A stretch of 18,263 bases of DNA from Candidatus Undinarchaeales archaeon. Lineage in GTDB: Archaea; SpSt-1190; JASMDC01. The translations under genes were made by a program, and so were the position numbers. The notes beneath the pieces are model-generated. The model was not told the DNA's origin. It saw only the letters and a list, made by a program, of their open reading frames with translations, and searched no databases. The stretch is taken from assembly GCA_030753015.1 (NCBI GenBank), contig JASMDC010000058.1:1-18263 (forward strand), read 5' to 3'. Positions 15,012 through 18,263 of this stretch are shown piece by piece; within the stretch, counting starts at the first letter, position 1, and every line of letters starts with the position of its first letter.

Positions 15012-17243
15012 GTGCGGCCCAGGACCATTGCGAAACGGTACCCTCACATCGCCGAGGTCGTGAAAAGCGCCACCAAGCATGATGGTGTCACAACTCTCTT
15101 CCCCCCACAGAAAGAGGCGATGAAGGCGGGTCTGCTGGACGGTGGATCCTTTCTCCTCGTGTTCGGGACCGGAAGCGGTAAGACCCTCATGGGAGAGCTG
15201 TTCGCATTGGACGCTGTAATCCGCGAGAAGCACATAGCTATCTTCGTTGTCCCCCTCAAGGCGATTGCTTCCGAGAAGTATGCGGATTTCACGGCCAAGT
15301 ACGGTCCTCTCGGAATACAGGTAGGGATGGCGACAGGGGATCTTGATTCAGCGGAACGAGGAATGAGTCGCAAGGATGTAATCATCTGCACCCCCGAGAA
15401 ACTGGAGAGCATGATACGTCACAAGGCATCCTGGCTCTCCCGTGTGGGTGCGCTCGTGGTCGATGAGGTCCACGAGATCGACTCCTCGGATCGTGGTCCG
15501 ACCCTTGAGGTAGTGATCACCCGGCTCCGTTCCATGAACTCGAAAATGCGGGTTCTTGGTCTCTCTGCCACTGTAGGGAACGCGGAAGAGGTTGCACGGT
15601 GGCTGGACGCGACGCTCGTGAAGAGCGATTGGCGTCCAGTTCCCCTCGACGAAGGGATCTGGTCGGAAGGCACAATCCGGTTCGTTAGCGGGCGGACGTC
15701 CAACGTTGGTACCGACCGATACCCTGAGATACCGATCCTCCGTGATACGCTCGGACAGGGAAAGCAGCTGCTCGTGTTCGCCGCATCCAAGCGTAGTGCT
15801 GAGGCCGTGGCCAAGCGCTGTAGACCTGTGACGACACGCAACCTTTCAGCAGAAGAGCGTGATTCCTTAGAACAGGTGTCCTCCGAAGTACTCAATGCCC
15901 TTTCCCGCCCCACGAAGCAGTGTCGCGCCCTTGCCGAGCTCGTCGCACACGGGGCCGCTTTCCATCACGCAGGGCTCGTGTATACACAGCGGGCCGCCAT
16001 TGAGAGCGGCTTCCGCGCAGGTCTCATCAAGGTAGTCGCCTCCACACCGACCCTGGCCGCAGGTGTCAATTTACCCTCGTTTAGGGTCGTGATCAAGGGA
16101 CACAAGATGTTCAAGCGAGGTTCGGGATCACTACCAATCTCTGTCATCAGGTACCGCCAGCAGGCGGGCCGAGCGGGTCGGATCGCGTACGACGAGCGGG
16201 GGGAGGCGTTGCTCATGGCCGCTAACACTCAAGAGCTCGAAGAGCTCTGGTCCAGGTATATCGAGGGAGAAGTCGAGCCAGTAACATCCAAGCTTTCGGT
16301 GCGACCTGTCCTGCGGATGCACATCTTGGGTCTTGTAGCGACTTCGAACAGTCTTACCGTCCAAGATCTAGAGCGGTTCTTCACACGGACCTTCTACGCC
16401 ACCCAGTACGGCGACGTTGAAGCTCTCATGGGGGTGGTCGAAGGTGTGGTGTCGGACCTCGTGGACATGGAATTCATTACATGGAAGTCGGGTACCTTGA
16501 CTGCGACCCGCCTCGGAAGTCGAGTGGCGGAGCTCTACGTGGACCCGCAGACCGCGTATTCTCTTATCGACTTCCTGCGACGGTTCGAAGAGCGGGACGC
16601 GAAGGATATTTCCTATCTGGCGAAGCTGTGCGAGGTCACAGAGATGCGTCCGCTGCTCAACGGGCGGAATGCTGAGACCGAGGTTCTGTTGGATGAGCAC
16701 GAGCCGTATCTGGACGCACCTGAGGCGTTCACCTACCAATACGAACGATATCTGGATGTGTTCCGGACAGCTCTCCTCCTCAAGGACTGGATCCATGAAA
16801 CGAGCGAGGATATCCTCATGGAGAGGTACGGTGTGGCCCCCGGTGACCTGAACTATAAACTGGACCGGGCCGAGTGGCTGATGTACGCTTGTAGCGAACT
16901 TGCTCGCATCATAGAGCTGAAAGGGGGCTCCAGCGACTGCCGTAAGCTCCTCATTCGACTCAAGTTCGGTGTCGGAAAAGAGCTTCTTCCTCTGGTAAAA
17001 CTGAGGAACGTGGGTAGGGTTCGCGCACGGCGCCTCTTCAACATCGGTATCAGGAGCTTGGCTGACGTGCGACGTGCAGAACCTCGAACGCTCGCGAGGG
17101 CGGTCGGCCCCGGAATCGCTAGATCGATCCTGGAACAGGTTGGGCGAAGTGAGGAGGCTAGCCCGGGGCTCGAGCGAGTGAAGATGCTGAAGGACGATCC
17201 CGCCAGCGTCTCGGGTGCGAAGACGCTCTTAGACTTCATGTAA
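15012..17243 (+). CDS. hel308: Ski2-like SF2 DNA helicase Hel308/Hjm
   Basis: Q motif LFPPQ, GTGSGKT, VPLKAIASEKY, TPEK, DEVH, SAT, HHAGL, TPTLAAGVNLP, QQAGRAGR, domain-5 GRVRARRLF; 743 aa; GTG start 23 bp after TTTATAT. Confidence 0.93.
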   Translation: MRPRTIAKRYPHIAEVVKSATKHDGVTTLFPPQKEAMKAGLLDGGSFLLVFGTGSGKTLMGELFALDAVIREKHIAIFVVPLKAIASEKYADFTAKYGPLGIQVGMATGDLDSAERGMSRKDVIICTPEKLESMIRHKASWLSRVGALVVDEVHEIDSSDRGPTLEVVITRLRSMNSKMRVLGLSATVGNAEEVARWLDATLVKSDWRPVPLDEGIWSEGTIRFVSGRTSNVGTDRYPEIPILRDTLGQGKQLLVFAASKRSAEAVAKRCRPVTTRNLSAEERDSLEQVSSEVLNALSRPTKQCRALAELVAHGAAFHHAGLVYTQRAAIESGFRAGLIKVVASTPTLAAGVNLPSFRVVIKGHKMFKRGSGSLPISVIRYRQQAGRAGRIAYDERGEALLMAANTQELEELWSRYIEGEVEPVTSKLSVRPVLRMHILGLVATSNSLTVQDLERFFTRTFYATQYGDVEALMGVVEGVVSDLVDMEFITWKSGTLTATRLGSRVAELYVDPQTAYSLIDFLRRFEERDAKDISYLAKLCEVTEMRPLLNGRNAETEVLLDEHEPYLDAPEAFTYQYERYLDVFRTALLLKDWIHETSEDILMERYGVAPGDLNYKLDRAEWLMYACSELARIIELKGGSSDCRKLLIRLKFGVGKELLPLVKLRNVGRVRARRLFNIGIRSLADVRRAEPRTLARAVGPGIARSILEQVGRSEEASPGLERVKMLKDDPASVSGAKTLLDFM

Positions 17244-17301
17244 GCTCGGAGGGTCGCGGGCGACATCCATATAAATCTGAACTTGCTCCATGCGAACGGG
17301 G

Positions 17302-18012
17302 ATGACCACCATGGAAGCACAAAAGCCCGCCATGAAGGATGGCCAGAGGCTCCTCTGCGTAGAGGGCCTCATCGGAGTGGGAAAGACCCAGTACATAGAA
17401 GCTCTCGGAAAACGGCTCGAGTTCTATGCGATTCCAGAACCCGTGCTCGAATGGCGCAGGGTCATCGATTCACAATCACTTCTGGAGAACCTCTACAAGG
17501 ATTATTCTCGATGGTCGTATACCTTCCAGGTCAACTCCCTGCTCACAAGGGCCCAGGCCTTGGAGGAAGAAGCGAAGATGAGCCGTGGGCGGGACCTATT
17601 GATGGAACGGTCCCTTATATCCGACCGGGAGTGCTTCGGGCGCATGTGCTTCGACACCGGACGGATGTCGCCCCTCGAGTGGTACTGGTACTCCCGCTAT
17701 TACGAGTACATGACCCATGGCACAAAGCATCCCAACGGGTTCATCTATCTTCGTATCGAGCCGACGACCGCACTGAAGCGCATCGGTGACCGTGCACGTG
17801 CAGAGGAGACAGGTCTTACCTTGGATTATCTGCAGGACCTCCATAGAAGGTACGAAGCATTGTTCGGTGGTGGCGAGGTCGTCACGGACCAGGGTACTAT
17901 TCCGGTGCTCGTGCTCGATTGCGACGACGACCATAATGTCGCATGTTTCGACCGGAACATGAAGGCCATAGTACCCTTCGTGAAAGATGTCGGTTTCTCC
18001 CCATTGGAGTGA
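17302..18012 (+). CDS. Deoxynucleoside kinase (dCK/dGK/TK2-like dNK family)
   Basis: VEGLIGVGKT P-loop, PEPVLEWR, RWSYTFQ, ERSLISDR, YLR and RARAEE lid. Start 17290, 17302 or 17311; TATAAAT at 17270-17276 favours 17302. Confidence 0.9.
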   Translation: MTTMEAQKPAMKDGQRLLCVEGLIGVGKTQYIEALGKRLEFYAIPEPVLEWRRVIDSQSLLENLYKDYSRWSYTFQVNSLLTRAQALEEEAKMSRGRDLLMERSLISDRECFGRMCFDTGRMSPLEWYWYSRYYEYMTHGTKHPNGFIYLRIEPTTALKRIGDRARAEETGLTLDYLQDLHRRYEALFGGGEVVTDQGTIPVLVLDCDDDHNVACFDRNMKAIVPFVKDVGFSPLE

Positions 18013-18078
18013 CGACGGAAGCGGCGACCCTCTCTCACCAACACACTTAAAAGCATAACCGCGGCAAAATTGGACCGC

Positions 18079-18263
18079 ATGGCGACGGATAAGAAGAAGC
18101 ACCGTATCCCTCACGGACGCGCTACACGACGTGCCGCCCTGAGGGAACGAGCGCATGAGGACGCTGCTCCCAAGAAGGTCGCCCCCAAGAAGGCTGTTCC
18201 TAAGAAGGCTCCTCCCAAGAAGGTCGCCCCCAAGAAGGCTGTTCCTAAGAAGGCTCCTCCCAA
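18079..18263 (+). CDS. Basic protein with histone-H1-like xxPKK repeats; truncated at the right edge
   Basis: MATDKKKHRIPHGRATRRAALRERAHEDAAPKKVAPKKAVPKKAPPKKVAPKKAVPKKAPP...; TTAAAA at 18047-18052 lies 27 bp upstream. Confidence 0.7.
   Translation, partial: MATDKKKHRIPHGRATRRAALRERAHEDAAPKKVAPKKAVPKKAPPKKVAPKKAVPKKAPP
18163..18263 (+). repeat. 15-bp tandem repeat (GYNSYNCCYAAGAAG) arranged as a 45-bp higher-order unit
   Basis: gctgctcccaagaag gtcgcccccaagaag gctgttcctaagaag gctcctcccaagaag gtcgcccccaagaag gctgttcctaagaag gctcctcccaa. Confidence 0.95.

Noticed and set aside
14835-15233. 132-aa minus-strand ORF
   Set aside because: Antisense to the hel308 5' end, runs through AT-rich promoter DNA and has no recognisable motif.
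17596-18156. 186-aa minus-strand ORF
   Set aside because: Antisense to the dNK and the H1-like start; no motif or promoter evidence.
18163-18263. Possible CRISPR array
   Set aside because: The units are contiguous 15-mers with no unique spacers, and they read in frame as a peptide repeat.

Overview
Archaeal chromosomal window, about 58% GC by eye. Most genes have an AT-rich TATA-like box about 25-33 bp upstream of the start codon, and the window encodes a Hel308 helicase and Lrp/AsnC-type RAM domains. From left to right: a membrane-fused spermidine-synthase-like gene (truncated at the left edge, absent from the ORF track), a nitroreductase, a 924-aa membrane-anchored surface protein with a 40-Cys repeat stalk, an acidic membrane hypothetical protein, a stand-alone ArcS/DUF5591-like protein, an HExxH metallopeptidase, adenine deaminase, an MFS transporter, an acidic hypothetical protein, an HTH-less tandem RAM protein, an unannotated 29-aa ORF with its own promoter and terminator, a CPA2 antiporter, a PadR-like winged-helix protein ending in an AT-hook, an AT-rich divergent intergenic region, Hel308, a deoxynucleoside kinase, and the start of a histone-H1-like xxPKK repeat protein. 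No rRNA, tRNA, CRISPR array or mobile element is evident. The best leads are the AT-hook wHTH / AT-rich region / Hel308 / H1-like cluster, the 29-aa transcription unit, the divergent ArcS-like protein and the Cys-rich surface protein. All family calls come from reading motifs by eye; no database searches were run.
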